Source: Verrucomicrobiota bacterium
Lineage (GTDB): Bacteria; Verrucomicrobiota; Verrucomicrobiia; Palsa-1439
Direction: 5' to 3'
Assembly: GCA_016871575.1 (NCBI GenBank)
Contig: VHCW01000004.1
Location: forward strand, 10,938-74,937
Length of the DNA stretch: 64,000 nucleotides
Shown: piece by piece, positions 39,214 to 49,634 of the stretch
Position numbering within the stretch: position 1 is the stretch's first letter
Layout of the letters: the number at the start of each line of letters is the position of its first letter
The notes under the pieces: generated by a model
Told to the model about the DNA's origin: nothing
The model's database searches: none
What the model saw: only the letters and a program-made list of their open reading frames with translations
Position numbers and translations under genes: made by a program

Positions 39214-40664
39214 AAATCCCACGACGAAAACCATTGACCGCCAACATCGGCATCTTCGGTGTCGGCCATTACAACTACTGGCCGCAGTTTCCCGGCCTGC
39301 TCGACGAGATGCACCGCAAACTCGATCATCTCGTCCGCAAAGTCCAGGCGCACGGTGTCGCCGTGACAAATTTCGGCCTCGTGGACAGCGCGCTCGGCGC
39401 AGCCGAACTGCTCCCGAAACTCAAGGCCGCCAACCTCGATCTCGTCTTCGTGGACATGGTGACCTACGCCACGTCGTCCACCATTGGCGCGATCTTGCGT
39501 GGACTCGACGTGCCGCTCGTGCTCGTCGCGCTCCAGCCGCTCAAGGCGATGGACTACGAGCGCGCCTCGACCTACATGCAGCTTTGCAACGACGATTTCT
39601 GTTCCGTGCCGGAGTTTCAAGGCGTTGCCATCCGGCTCGGACGCCGGGCGCCGGACGTGATTCTCGGCACGCTGGACGACGACCCGGCGGCGGACGCCGA
39701 ACTGGCGGCATGGTGCGGCATCGCCAAAGTGTTGCACGACCTGCAACGCGCCCGGATCGGCCACATGGGGCACGTGCTCGAAAGCATGCTCGACATGCAC
39801 ACCGACCCGACCGCGGTCACGAGGGAATTCGGCTGCCACGTCGTTCAGTGCGAGCCGGACGAAATCCTGCGTCATTACCGCGACGAACATGCCGCCGAGA
39901 TCGAAGCGAAGAAGCGCGAGATCCTCGGTTTCTTCGACACTCCCGACCCGAAGTCAGACCCGATCACGACCAAGCTCACCGACAAAGACCTCCACGTCGC
40001 CGCGAAAGCCGCTGTGGCGTTGGAGAAATTCATCGCTGACAAGAAGCTCGACGGCCTCGCCTACTACTACGAGGCCGAAGCCGGCACGCCGATGCGCGAA
40101 CTGGTCACGAACCTCATCGTCGGCAACTCGCTGCTCACCGGCGCTGGCTTCCCGATGTGCGGCGAGTTCGACATCAAGACCTGCATCGCGATGCTGATCA
40201 TGGACCGGCTCGACATCGGCGGCAGTTTCGCCGAGTTTCACCCGGTGGATTTCGTGCGCGATTCGGTGCTGGTCGGCCACGACGGGCCGCACCACGTCAA
40301 CATCGCGAACGGCAAACCGGTGTTGCGGAGCCTGAAGAAGTACCACGGCAAACCCGGTTCCGGCGCGAGCGTCGAGTTCAACCTCAAGACCGGGCCGATC
40401 ACGATGCTCAGCATCGGCGTGAAAGCCGACGGACGGTTCAAGTTCGTCATCGCCGAGGGCGAATCATTCGACGGCCCGATTCCGCCGACGGGCAACACGA
40501 ACACGCACGGGCGTTTCCAACCCGACGTGCGGACGTTCCTGAAGCGCTGGGTGGCCGAAGGCCCGACGCATCATTTCGCGCTGGGCGTCGGCCATCACGC
40601 CCGAACGATTCAAAATGTCGCCAATGTGCTCGGCATTGAAAGCGCGGTCGTAATGCCGCTGTGA
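39210..40664 (+). CDS. L-fucose/L-arabinose isomerase family protein
   Basis: IFGVGH..YWPQF, GFPMCGEFD, GSFAEFH, GHDGPHH, GPTHHFALG. Confidence 0.9.
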   Translation: MKIPRRKPLTANIGIFGVGHYNYWPQFPGLLDEMHRKLDHLVRKVQAHGVAVTNFGLVDSALGAAELLPKLKAANLDLVFVDMVTYATSSTIGAILRGLDVPLVLVALQPLKAMDYERASTYMQLCNDDFCSVPEFQGVAIRLGRRAPDVILGTLDDDPAADAELAAWCGIAKVLHDLQRARIGHMGHVLESMLDMHTDPTAVTREFGCHVVQCEPDEILRHYRDEHAAEIEAKKREILGFFDTPDPKSDPITTKLTDKDLHVAAKAAVALEKFIADKKLDGLAYYYEAEAGTPMRELVTNLIVGNSLLTGAGFPMCGEFDIKTCIAMLIMDRLDIGGSFAEFHPVDFVRDSVLVGHDGPHHVNIANGKPVLRSLKKYHGKPGSGASVEFNLKTGPITMLSIGVKADGRFKFVIAEGESFDGPIPPTGNTNTHGRFQPDVRTFLKRWVAEGPTHHFALGVGHHARTIQNVANVLGIESAVVMPL

Positions 40665-40782
40665 ATCCAGATGATGAGCGGCAGTGGCGCGTCCGCCTTG
40701 CCAGGCAGAACCATCGTTCGCGCGTTCCCATGGTACAACCGGTGTTGCACCCGTTGCGCTGACGAATCGGCTCAAGCGGTGA

Positions 40783-42042
40783 TCAAGCCACGCAGGTGGT
40801 GAGGGTCCACGGCTCGCGCATGGCGCGGCTGCGCATGCGGTTGGCGGTGTCGTCGTTGAGGAATTCTTCCTTCACGGGGTCCCAGCGAAGCTTGCGGCCG
40901 AGCAGCATGGCGATGTTGCCCATGTGCATCACGGTCGCACAACGGTGTCCAATCTCCGCGGGGAAATACGGGTCGAGCCGGGTCTTGACGCAGTCGAGGA
41001 AGTTGCGGTGCTCGCCACCGGTGCAGGTGTAGAGCTTCAACTCGGCTGAGCCGATGGGCGCGTTGAGAATCTCTTTCGAGCTGGCTTCGAGCGGGCCGCG
41101 CCAGCCGGTGTTGCCAACCCAGCCGTTCGTGCCGATGAAGCGGATACGCACGCCGTTGCCGTCCACGGTCATCTCGACGCCGTTGGCGTAGCGGTAACGA
41201 AGATCAAACTCGTAGAACGTGTCGTAGAGGCCGCCTTCGTATTGTTTGCCGGTCCCTTCGACGGAGATGGGGCCGGTGTGCTCGGTGTCGTTGGCCCACT
41301 GGGCGGTGTCGAGCAGGTGCGCGCCCCAATCGGTCAGCATCCCGCCGGAGTAATCGAACATCCATCGGAAATCGTAGTGACAACGCGCCGGGCAGTATGG
41401 CGCCCACGGCGCGGGACCGAGCCACATCTCGTAGTCGAAACCTGCGGGCACCGGCTGCGGCGTCGGATCGCCGGGCTCACGCTTGCCGGACGGCAGGCCG
41501 ACTTCGATGCGCTGCAACTTGCCGATGCGACCGTTGCGGACAATCTCGGCCATGCGGTGGTACTGGTACAACGAGCGGTCCTCGGTGGCAGTCTGAAAAA
41601 CCCGGCCGAGCCGGCGCGCGGTGTCGCTTTGGAAGCGGCCTTCCTCGATGGTCAACGTCGGTTTCTCGCAAATCACGTCCTTGCCGGCGCGCATCGCCAT
41701 CAACGAAATTGGCACGTGCCAGTGATCCGGCGTCGAGATGCAGACGGCGTCAATGTCGCGCCGGGCCAGGATCGCTCGGAAATCGCCGTAGATCGCGCAA
41801 TCGGTGTTGCCGTACTTCTGGTTCACCAAGTCGCGGGCGTTCTCCATCCGTGGCCGGTCAACATCGCAGACCGCGACGACTTGCGCGTCGGGCTGCGGGA
41901 GGAAATTGCGCAGGTTCATCGCGACGCCATGTCCGCCGGTGCCGATCATGCCGATGGTGACGCGCTCGCTCGGCGCGGCGCGCAACCGGCTGCCCCAAAG
42001 CGCCGCGGCGCTCGCGACAAGAAAGTGCCGGCGCGAAATCAT
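40783..42042 (-). CDS. Tat-exported Gfo/Idh/MocA oxidoreductase
   Basis: SRRHFL, IGTGGHG, TPDHWH, CEKP, DWGAHLLD, LRWDP. Confidence 0.93.
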   Translation of the reverse strand: MISRRHFLVASAAALWGSRLRAAPSERVTIGMIGTGGHGVAMNLRNFLPQPDAQVVAVCDVDRPRMENARDLVNQKYGNTDCAIYGDFRAILARRDIDAVCISTPDHWHVPISLMAMRAGKDVICEKPTLTIEEGRFQSDTARRLGRVFQTATEDRSLYQYHRMAEIVRNGRIGKLQRIEVGLPSGKREPGDPTPQPVPAGFDYEMWLGPAPWAPYCPARCHYDFRWMFDYSGGMLTDWGAHLLDTAQWANDTEHTGPISVEGTGKQYEGGLYDTFYEFDLRYRYANGVEMTVDGNGVRIRFIGTNGWVGNTGWRGPLEASSKEILNAPIGSAELKLYTCTGGEHRNFLDCVKTRLDPYFPAEIGHRCATVMHMGNIAMLLGRKLRWDPVKEEFLNDDTANRMRSRAMREPWTLTTCVA

Positions 42043-42887
42043 GCGAGCAGGCGGCGGGTGAACTCGGCGTTGCGGCGGGAGTCGGCGACGGGATTCTTCG
42101 ATGGGTTGGAGGTTTCGAGGACGATCCAGCCGTTGTACTTGATGTCCCGAAGCGCGGCGACGATTGGCTCGAAGTAACCTTTGCGGTCTTCGAGATACTG
42201 CGGCCCGTTCTTGAAATGGACCTGCGCGACGCGGCTCTTCAATAGGCGAAGCTCGGCCGGGACGTCGTAGCCTTTGCTGACGCCGGTGTTGAAAACGTCG
42301 TAGTAGAATTGCACGGACTCGTGATTGATCTTGTCGAGGATGCGCATGTTCTCGGTGGCGGGAAGCGTGTTCTCTAGGGCGAGCGTAACGCCGGCCTTCT
42401 TCGCAAGCGGGGCGGCGTCGCGGAGACGTTGGACGACGACATCAACGTCCTGCTGTTTCACCTTGCCGTCGGCATCGAGCAAATCGCCCTTGCCGAAGAA
42501 CGCGACGAGAATGACTTTTGCGCCGAGGTCCTTGGCGGCGTCAATGCTCTGCTCCAGCCATGCCGGGCCGCGCGGGTCGGAGGCGAGCGGCGCGCTGTTC
42601 AGAATGCCCATCATCAGCGATTGCACCACAAGGCCGGTTTGTTTCATCTGTTCCTTGAGGCCGGCCCGCACGGCTGGGTCGGTGATCTCCAAACGGTCCT
42701 CGGGTTTCTTGCTGACACGGACCTCGACGCCGTCGAGTCCGGCTTCTTTGGCTTCCGGAAGACTGATCATGCAACTGCCGATGCGGAGGCGCGACCGTTG
42801 TGCGGCCTCTAATTGGGTAAGCCACGCGGCACCGGCGACAGTCAGGGCGGTGCGAGTGATGAATTGGCGGCGGGTCATTGTGTTCAT
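42039..42887 (-). CDS. Tat-exported sugar phosphate isomerase/epimerase (AP2-like TIM barrel)
   Basis: TRRQFI, GLDGVE, LALEN, YYDVFN, VHFK, WIVLE. Confidence 0.9.
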   Translation of the reverse strand: MNTMTRRQFITRTALTVAGAAWLTQLEAAQRSRLRIGSCMISLPEAKEAGLDGVEVRVSKKPEDRLEITDPAVRAGLKEQMKQTGLVVQSLMMGILNSAPLASDPRGPAWLEQSIDAAKDLGAKVILVAFFGKGDLLDADGKVKQQDVDVVVQRLRDAAPLAKKAGVTLALENTLPATENMRILDKINHESVQFYYDVFNTGVSKGYDVPAELRLLKSRVAQVHFKNGPQYLEDRKGYFEPIVAALRDIKYNGWIVLETSNPSKNPVADSRRNAEFTRRLLA

Positions 42888-42888
42888 G

Positions 42889-44259
42889 TTAGAAGGACTC
42901 CAGGATTTGCCACGCGTACATGTAGGCGAGACCGTCGGTCTGTGCCCAGATGTTTTTCATCAGTTGCTCGTCGCCAGTAACCGGGGGCCAGTTGTTCTTT
43001 ACGCGGTCCCACGGCTCGACGGAGCCGGGCGGCGTGCGTGTGGGGCGACCGATGGTTTGCGGGGCGGGTTTGGGTTGGGTTGGGGGAGCCGGGCGGCTGC
43101 GCGAATAAACACCGTATTCAAGAGTCGCCTCGGTCATGGCTTTCATATTCTCGATCTGTGCGTCATTTTGGACAATCGCGCTGGCGTCCATGATGTATGC
43201 ACCGTCCTTGGCGCAGATGTCGAGGACTTCTTTGACTTTTGCGCGGACTTTGTCGGGCGTGCCGTAGGCGAGCATGGCGTTGGGGATGCCGCCGGAGAGA
43301 CAGAACTTGCCGCCGAGCTTGGCGAACACCTTGGCCGGGTTGGCTTGGTCCATGTGATAGACCAGGCTGTGCGCCGGTAACGTCGCGAAATCGTCGAGAT
43401 GATAATCCCAGTTGCCCTCGGCGTAGAACAACGTCTGGCGGCCGTTGCGCCAGAGTTCCTCGATGATCGGCTTGAGGGTCGGCCAGAAGATCTCGGAGAA
43501 ATGATGCGGCGACACCATCGGGACGCAACTCCGGTGCATCCAGAACCCGATGGGCACGGTGCCGGTCGGGTCGGAGCTGCCGAGCGCGACAGCGTAGAGA
43601 TGCGGCGCGAGCGCTTCGCAGGCGGCTTTGACTTTGTCGGGCTGGGTTTCGAGGTCGGAGAGCAGGCCGAGGTAGCCGCGGAACTTGTCGGCGAGAATGT
43701 CCATCGGCGCCTTGAAGATGCCGGCGATGGCGGAGACGGTGCCGTTCTCGGTTTTCATCCGGTCGATCTGGCCGCCGATGCTGTTGAAATATTGCATCAT
43801 CGCCATGCCGCCCTTGAGCTGCGAGAGCGGCGTGCCGTCGGAAACGCGCGGGAGCCATGTGTTGAGGATGAACGCCGTCGGGTCGTCAATCAACGCGTCG
43901 TACTCGTCGGGCCGCATGTAGGCGCCGTCCTCGGGCGGTTCGTGGTATTGGAAGCCGGTGTTGGCGGGGACGTGAATGCCGGGGATGCCGTAGTATTTCA
44001 GGCCAAGCGCCTGCGCGAGGCCGGTCCAGACCCAGACCATGTTCACGACCATCGCATCCCAGTCGAAATCTTTTCCCGTGCGGATGACGGCCTCGTAGGC
44101 TTTCGTGTAATCGTGCGCGACTTCCTGGCAGGTGAACCCGGCGTATTTCGCGCAGAACTCCGCGACGAACGGCCGGATCGGCACGCGGTCAGGCATTCCG
44201 CCGCGCATCGCGGTGGTGTAACGGGCCAGACGCTGTTGGTAGAGTTGTTCGGTTGTCAT
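42889..44259 (-). CDS. uroporphyrinogen decarboxylase (URO-D/MtaA-like) family protein
   Basis: PDRVPI, IFWPTLK, CLSGGI...L.YGTP, GAYIMDAS. Confidence 0.85.
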   Translation of the reverse strand: MTTEQLYQQRLARYTTAMRGGMPDRVPIRPFVAEFCAKYAGFTCQEVAHDYTKAYEAVIRTGKDFDWDAMVVNMVWVWTGLAQALGLKYYGIPGIHVPANTGFQYHEPPEDGAYMRPDEYDALIDDPTAFILNTWLPRVSDGTPLSQLKGGMAMMQYFNSIGGQIDRMKTENGTVSAIAGIFKAPMDILADKFRGYLGLLSDLETQPDKVKAACEALAPHLYAVALGSSDPTGTVPIGFWMHRSCVPMVSPHHFSEIFWPTLKPIIEELWRNGRQTLFYAEGNWDYHLDDFATLPAHSLVYHMDQANPAKVFAKLGGKFCLSGGIPNAMLAYGTPDKVRAKVKEVLDICAKDGAYIMDASAIVQNDAQIENMKAMTEATLEYGVYSRSRPAPPTQPKPAPQTIGRPTRTPPGSVEPWDRVKNNWPPVTGDEQLMKNIWAQTDGLAYMYAWQILESF

Positions 44260-45458
44260 GCTTTTACTCCAGTGAGTTTGGCATTGAGACGTTCCTTGGA
44301 GCGCATTACTTCATCCCACGTCACGGTGCGGCCACTGTAAGCGGCCATGCGCCCCATGATGGCGACGAGGTTGCTCATCACGCTCGGTTCAAGGGTCGGG
44401 TTGGAAACGTTCTTCGCGGTGATGGATTCGTGGAAGGTCTTGATGTTGGTGACAGTGCCATCCTTGTAGATGCCGGTGGTCTTGCCGCCGCGGTAGAACA
44501 CGCCTTCGCCGCCGCGGATGATCACTTCGCCGCCGTACTCGGTCAGCAACGCGCCCTTGGTGCCGTACATCTTGTTGATGATGCCGCCGGGGGCGTCCAC
44601 GTTGTATTGGCGGGAACTGAAGGTGATGCCAACCTTGTTCGGGTACTCATAGACGCAGGTGAAATAGTCCCAGCAATCGCCGACGTCCACGCGACCCTTG
44701 CGTCCGCCGAGGCCGCTGCAACGAAGCGGCGTGGCGTTGTTCATCGCCCAGTTCATGATGTCGAGCGTGTGGATGTTCTGTTCGACGATGATGTCGCCGG
44801 AGAGCGCTATATCGAAGGCCCAGTTGCGGAGGCGACCTTCGGGAGTCTTGTCGTCATCGCCCTTCTTGTTGAGTCGTCCCGTGTGGTAGAGCGCCTCGCC
44901 GAATGCCAAGGTGCCGAGCGCGCCGGCGTGGACGCGTTTCATCGCCTCGATGAAGAAGGCGTCGGCGCGGCTCTGGAAATCCACGAGGAACACGAGTCCC
45001 TTCTTGCCGGCCCTCAGTCCGCTTTCCTTGATGGACTTGCAGCCGGGCACATCCACGGCGATGGGCTTGGCGAGATAGACGTGCAACCCTGCGGCGACCG
45101 CGGTGGTAACCTGTTCGGGATGAAAATACGGCGGGCTGATGATGGCAACAGCGTCGAGACCGCCTTTCGCGATCATCTTCTCGGCGCATTTCAGGCCGGT
45201 GAAGGTCTGTTCGGGGGCCAATTTGTGTTTGGCTGCGACGGGGTCAATGCGGTCCTGGAAGAAATCCGCCACGCCGGCGATCTGGTAGCCGCCGTGAGCC
45301 GCGAACAGATCGGCAATCCACCGTCCGCGTCCGCCGCAGCCGATGACGCCGAGGCGGACTTTCGAGTTGGCGTCGGCGCCGCGCACAAGCGACGGCTTGA
45401 TGATGGTGAAGGCAGCGGCGGTGGCGAGGCTGCTGGTGATGAATTGACGGCGGTTCAT
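44256..45458 (-). CDS. Tat-exported Gfo/Idh/MocA oxidoreductase
   Basis: NRRQFI, IGCGGRG, SPPYFH, YLAKP, SGDIIVEQNIHTLD; AGGAGA RBS. Confidence 0.93.
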   Translation of the reverse strand: MNRRQFITSSLATAAAFTIIKPSLVRGADANSKVRLGVIGCGGRGRWIADLFAAHGGYQIAGVADFFQDRIDPVAAKHKLAPEQTFTGLKCAEKMIAKGGLDAVAIISPPYFHPEQVTTAVAAGLHVYLAKPIAVDVPGCKSIKESGLRAGKKGLVFLVDFQSRADAFFIEAMKRVHAGALGTLAFGEALYHTGRLNKKGDDDKTPEGRLRNWAFDIALSGDIIVEQNIHTLDIMNWAMNNATPLRCSGLGGRKGRVDVGDCWDYFTCVYEYPNKVGITFSSRQYNVDAPGGIINKMYGTKGALLTEYGGEVIIRGGEGVFYRGGKTTGIYKDGTVTNIKTFHESITAKNVSNPTLEPSVMSNLVAIMGRMAAYSGRTVTWDEVMRSKERLNAKLTGVKA

Positions 45459-45561
45459 GGTGTTGTCTCCTGTTGATTGGCTGGTTTCCAAGGAGTAAAA
45501 ACTACGAAAAGACCGGCTGACTGGCTTGCATAAAGGTGACGGGTTTGTGTATGAATGGCGC

Positions 45562-46299
45562 ATGCATCCTGCGCGGTTCCAGAAGCAATTTCTCCGTCGG
45601 CTCGGTGATTTCCGTCCCCTGCAACAACTGCTCGATCTGTTGCCTGACGTTGCCTTCTTCATGAAAGACCGGAGCGGACGGTTCGTGTTCAACAACCAGC
45701 GGGCCACCGAGTCCTGCGGCGTTGCCGCGGCCGCGGAGACCATTGGCAAGACCGACGGCGATTTCTTTTCGCCCGACCGCGCTGCGCTCTACCGCCAGCA
45801 GGACCAGCAAGTCATGCAGGGCACGCCGATCCTCAATGCCATCTGTCCCGCGCCTGAAAAAGGCGCCGACTGGCTGATCATCTTCAGCAAGGTCCCGCTC
45901 AAGGACCGCCGCGGCCGCATCATCGGCGTCGCCGGCATCCACCGCGAGATTCGCGGGCTTCCCGCCGCGCCGCCACAGTACAACCGCATCTCGCGCGCAA
46001 TCCAACGGATGCACCAGCATTACGCCGCCCCGCTGAGCATCGCCGCGCTTGCTGCCGAGTCAGGGTTGTCGCGCAGCCAGCTTGACCGTTGTTTCCGTCG
46101 GCTCTTTCGCACCACGCCGCGCGACTACCTGCTGCGCCTTCGGATAAACGCCGCCAGCCGTCTTCTCGCCGAGACCAACCGCAAGACGACCGACATCGCC
46201 CTGGAAGTTGGTTTTTACGACCACGCACATTTCTCGCGCACCTTTCGCAAACTCACCGGCGTCACTCCCGCCGCGTACCGCAAACGGCACCACCACTGA
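45562..46299 (+). CDS. PAS-domain AraC-family transcriptional regulator
   Basis: FFMKDRSGRF PAS; LAAESGLS...GFYDHAHFSRTFRK.TG.TP..YR. Confidence 0.93.
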   Translation: MHPARFQKQFLRRLGDFRPLQQLLDLLPDVAFFMKDRSGRFVFNNQRATESCGVAAAAETIGKTDGDFFSPDRAALYRQQDQQVMQGTPILNAICPAPEKGADWLIIFSKVPLKDRRGRIIGVAGIHREIRGLPAAPPQYNRISRAIQRMHQHYAAPLSIAALAAESGLSRSQLDRCFRRLFRTTPRDYLLRLRINAASRLLAETNRKTTDIALEVGFYDHAHFSRTFRKLTGVTPAAYRKRHHH

Positions 46300-47481
46300 T
46301 CACGCCTTCAGTCCCTTCAAGCTCACTTCGAGTTTCTTGTTCTCCTGGAGCAGTTCGTCCATTGTCAGCTTCGCGCGGCGGGCGGCCGCTTCGCGGCCGA
46401 GGATGCACGTGAGGCAACCGTCCACGGAGCGTCGAACAATCGTGTTGCTGAAATCGTTTTTCGTCACAGCATCGTAAAACGACGCGATGTTGCGTTTGGC
46501 GCCGTCTTCGTAAAGGTTTTTCACCGCGCCGCCGCCGTAGTGTTTGGAGCCGCCGCGCAGGAACGCCCTGCCCCAGTAATCAATCTGCGCGTAGGCCGTC
46601 GGGCCGTAGATGCGACAGGTGAGCGCGCCGTCAGTGTTGTTCTTGAGACCCTGCCCGGAGTGGTTGAGGAGCAGGCCGTCCGCGAACTCGAACACGACTT
46701 GGCAAATGTCGCGCGAATCGCCGTGCGGATTGTCGCGGCAGACGCGCGAGGCGCCCATCGCGCTGACGGGACGCGCACCGGCGACCCAGAGCGCGGCATC
46801 AATGGCGTGGATGTCGAAGTTGCCGATAAAATCGCAGCCGAGCGCGACGTCGTTGATCCACGTGAGGCGCTGGAGCCGGTCGGCGATGGTGTCGGTCTTT
46901 GGCGGGTCGGCGAAACCCTGCGTGTAACCGAAGGTCGTCATGTAGGCGATCTTGCCGAGCCCGCCCTCGTGGATGCGCTGGACGACGCCTTGGTTGAACG
47001 GGTCGGTCGGCATCTGGTAGTCCACGAAGATGCACTGTTTCTTCCGCGCAAGCGCCTCGATGGCGAGACATCCCGGCACATCCACCGCGACCGGCTTGGC
47101 CATATAAACGTGCAACCCGGCGGCAGCAGCAGCGGTCGCGTGTTGCGGAATGAAGAACGGCGGCGTTTCGAGCGCCACAGCCTCGACACCGCTCTTGATG
47201 ACTTTCTCGTAACCCGACAATCCGCTGAACCGGCGCGCCTTGTCCGTGCCGAGTTCGTTGCCGGCGTCGTCGGCGACCTCAGGAAAATAATCGGCAACAG
47301 CGTGGATGTCGTAGCCGCCGTGTTGACGGAAAAGTTTGGCGATCCATTTGCCGCGTCCGCCGCAACCGACAAGGCCGAGTTTGATCTTGCGCGGTGTGTC
47401 TGCCGCGAAACTCAGAGCTGGCGCAAGCAACGCGGCGGCAGCGGCGCGACTCACAAACTGGCGGCGACTGAGGTGTTTCAT
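46300..47481 (-). CDS. Tat-exported Gfo/Idh/MocA oxidoreductase (paralog of 44256-45458)
   Basis: SRRQFV, VGCGGRG, TPPFF, YMAKPVAVDVPGC. Confidence 0.92.
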   Translation of the reverse strand: MKHLSRRQFVSRAAAAALLAPALSFAADTPRKIKLGLVGCGGRGKWIAKLFRQHGGYDIHAVADYFPEVADDAGNELGTDKARRFSGLSGYEKVIKSGVEAVALETPPFFIPQHATAAAAAGLHVYMAKPVAVDVPGCLAIEALARKKQCIFVDYQMPTDPFNQGVVQRIHEGGLGKIAYMTTFGYTQGFADPPKTDTIADRLQRLTWINDVALGCDFIGNFDIHAIDAALWVAGARPVSAMGASRVCRDNPHGDSRDICQVVFEFADGLLLNHSGQGLKNNTDGALTCRIYGPTAYAQIDYWGRAFLRGGSKHYGGGAVKNLYEDGAKRNIASFYDAVTKNDFSNTIVRRSVDGCLTCILGREAAARRAKLTMDELLQENKKLEVSLKGLKA

Positions 47482-47633
47482 GAGGACAGTTTGGCCGAAA
47501 TCTAATCGAAAGAAAAGCCTGTTCTTGGCCGCTGGACAAGGAGACCCAATCTGGCGATTCATCTCCGGCGATGTTGTGTGCTGCGCGACTGTTATGGTAT
47601 GCTTTTTGTGATTCAAACAAAGGAGCGATTCCC

Positions 47634-49634
47634 ATGACGCGAATGTATCTTGCCATCATCGTCTGTTTGATCGGTTGCTGGGGCGGTTCGGCGCGAAGTT
47701 CGGAGATGACCATTTACGCCAGCGTCTGCCAGCAAGCCCGTCAAATCTCCAGCACGTCGCTGGCCCTGCCGATGCCGGCGGCAGAATGGAAGGCGACGCT
47801 CGCGCAACGACGCCAGATGTGGCTCGAAATGCTCGGTCTCTGGCCGATGCCCGAACGCACACCATTGAAGGCGACTGTCACCGGTGTGCTCGAACGCGGA
47901 GATTACGTGGTGGAGAAGGTTCATTTCCAAAGCGTGTCCGGCGCATACGTGATCGGAAACCTGTATCGTCCGGCAAAAGTCACCGGGCGATTACCCGCTG
48001 TGTTGTATCTGTGCGGTCACACGAAGGGAAAAGTGAGCGCGACTTATCAGGCCAACCCGCGTTGGTTCGGCCAGCACGGTTACGTGGCGTTGGTGTTGGA
48101 CCCGATTCAGTTGGGCGAGTCACAGGGCGTGCACCATGGAACATGCCGGATGGATCGCTGGGATTGGCCCAGCCGCGGCTACACGCCTGCCGGCACCGAA
48201 GTCTGGAATGCCATGCGGGCGCTCGATTACCTGGAAACACGGCCCGACGTTGACAAGGATCGGATGGGCGTAACGGGCCTGAGCGGCGGCGGCGTGATCT
48301 CGTGGTGCCTCGGAGCAGCGGATGAACGGGTCAAGGTCGTTGTCCCGGTCTGCCAGAGCGGAACCATCGAACACGTCGTTGTGGATCGCGCCACCGACGG
48401 TCACTGCGACTGCGCGTTCTGGATCAACTATTACCGGTGGTGCTGGCCGGATATCGGCGCGTTGATCGCCCCGCGCGCTTTTCTGATGGCCTCCGGCAGC
48501 GAGGACGTGCTCTGGCGGCCTTACGGGTATCGCGACGCGGCTCACCGCATCCGGCACCAATACGCCGCGTTGGGATCGCCGGATAATTTCGATCTGGTCG
48601 AAGACCTCACGCCGCACGGGTACACGCCCAAATTGCGCCGCGCCATTTTCACCTGGTTCAACAAACACCTCAAAGGCGACTCGCGTCCCGTCGAGGACGA
48701 CGTCACCGACTTTGTGGAACCGGAGAAAAACCTGCTCGTGTTTGACGGCAAGTTGCCGGAGAACGACGAGATGCGGCGGATTGACACCTTGCTGGTGAAA
48801 CGGGCGGAACCGCCGGCGATTGCGAACCAGGCCGAGTGGCGCTCCCATCAAGACGCCACGCTCAAACGGTTGCGCGAACTCACGTTTCGTCACATCCCGC
48901 GCGAGCATGATCCGCGCGTTCGTGAATGGCGAGCAGACGGCAGCGCCAAGGGAACCAGTTTCGGCACGTACGTGTTCGATACGCTTGATGGATTGACCTT
49001 GCGCGTCAAGACCGCGCGTCCCGAACCCGCAAACTGGCCGCTGCACACGGTCGCGTTTGCCGTGCCGCCGGACGCCCGCAGCACATTCACCGGCGGCGGT
49101 TCCTCTCGACCGGGCGCGCCGCAGGAGTTCGCCTCTGCCGGTGTGGAAGTCCGCAACACGGGCGCGACCTCGGTCGGCACCGGCTATCTCTGGACGCTCC
49201 GGCGCGTCTATCCGCTCCTCGGCCAAACGCTCCCGGAACGCCAGGCCCACGACCTGTTGGCCGGCATCGCCGTCATGCGAGGCAGCGCCGGGACCGGTCC
49301 CATCGCGTTGTTCGGTCAGGGCGTCACGGCGCCGCTGGCCATTTACGCGGCCATTCTCGACCCGCAAGTCACTGAGGTCATCCTCGCCAGTCCGCCCGAA
49401 ACGCACACCGACCCGCAGACACCGGAGTTTCTGGGAATCCTGCGCATCGGCGATCTGCCGCAGAACTTGGCGTTGCTTTATCCGCGCCCGATCACATTCG
49501 TCGGCAAAGTTCCACCGGCTTACGAGTGGACTCAAAAAGTGTATAAGACGTTGGGCGCCGCCGACCGGATCCGGGTGATTCCCAACATCCGGCAATGGAA
49601 ACCGTGGTCTGCCGCCTCAGCGTCGAAAAAGTGA
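47634..49634 (+). CDS. secreted acetylxylan-esterase-like alpha/beta hydrolase (two domains)
   Basis: LYLCGH, RALDYLETRPDVD, GLSGGG, HCDC, PHGY. Confidence 0.88.
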   Translation: MTRMYLAIIVCLIGCWGGSARSSEMTIYASVCQQARQISSTSLALPMPAAEWKATLAQRRQMWLEMLGLWPMPERTPLKATVTGVLERGDYVVEKVHFQSVSGAYVIGNLYRPAKVTGRLPAVLYLCGHTKGKVSATYQANPRWFGQHGYVALVLDPIQLGESQGVHHGTCRMDRWDWPSRGYTPAGTEVWNAMRALDYLETRPDVDKDRMGVTGLSGGGVISWCLGAADERVKVVVPVCQSGTIEHVVVDRATDGHCDCAFWINYYRWCWPDIGALIAPRAFLMASGSEDVLWRPYGYRDAAHRIRHQYAALGSPDNFDLVEDLTPHGYTPKLRRAIFTWFNKHLKGDSRPVEDDVTDFVEPEKNLLVFDGKLPENDEMRRIDTLLVKRAEPPAIANQAEWRSHQDATLKRLRELTFRHIPREHDPRVREWRADGSAKGTSFGTYVFDTLDGLTLRVKTARPEPANWPLHTVAFAVPPDARSTFTGGGSSRPGAPQEFASAGVEVRNTGATSVGTGYLWTLRRVYPLLGQTLPERQAHDLLAGIAVMRGSAGTGPIALFGQGVTAPLAIYAAILDPQVTEVILASPPETHTDPQTPEFLGILRIGDLPQNLALLYPRPITFVGKVPPAYEWTQKVYKTLGAADRIRVIPNIRQWKPWSAASASKK

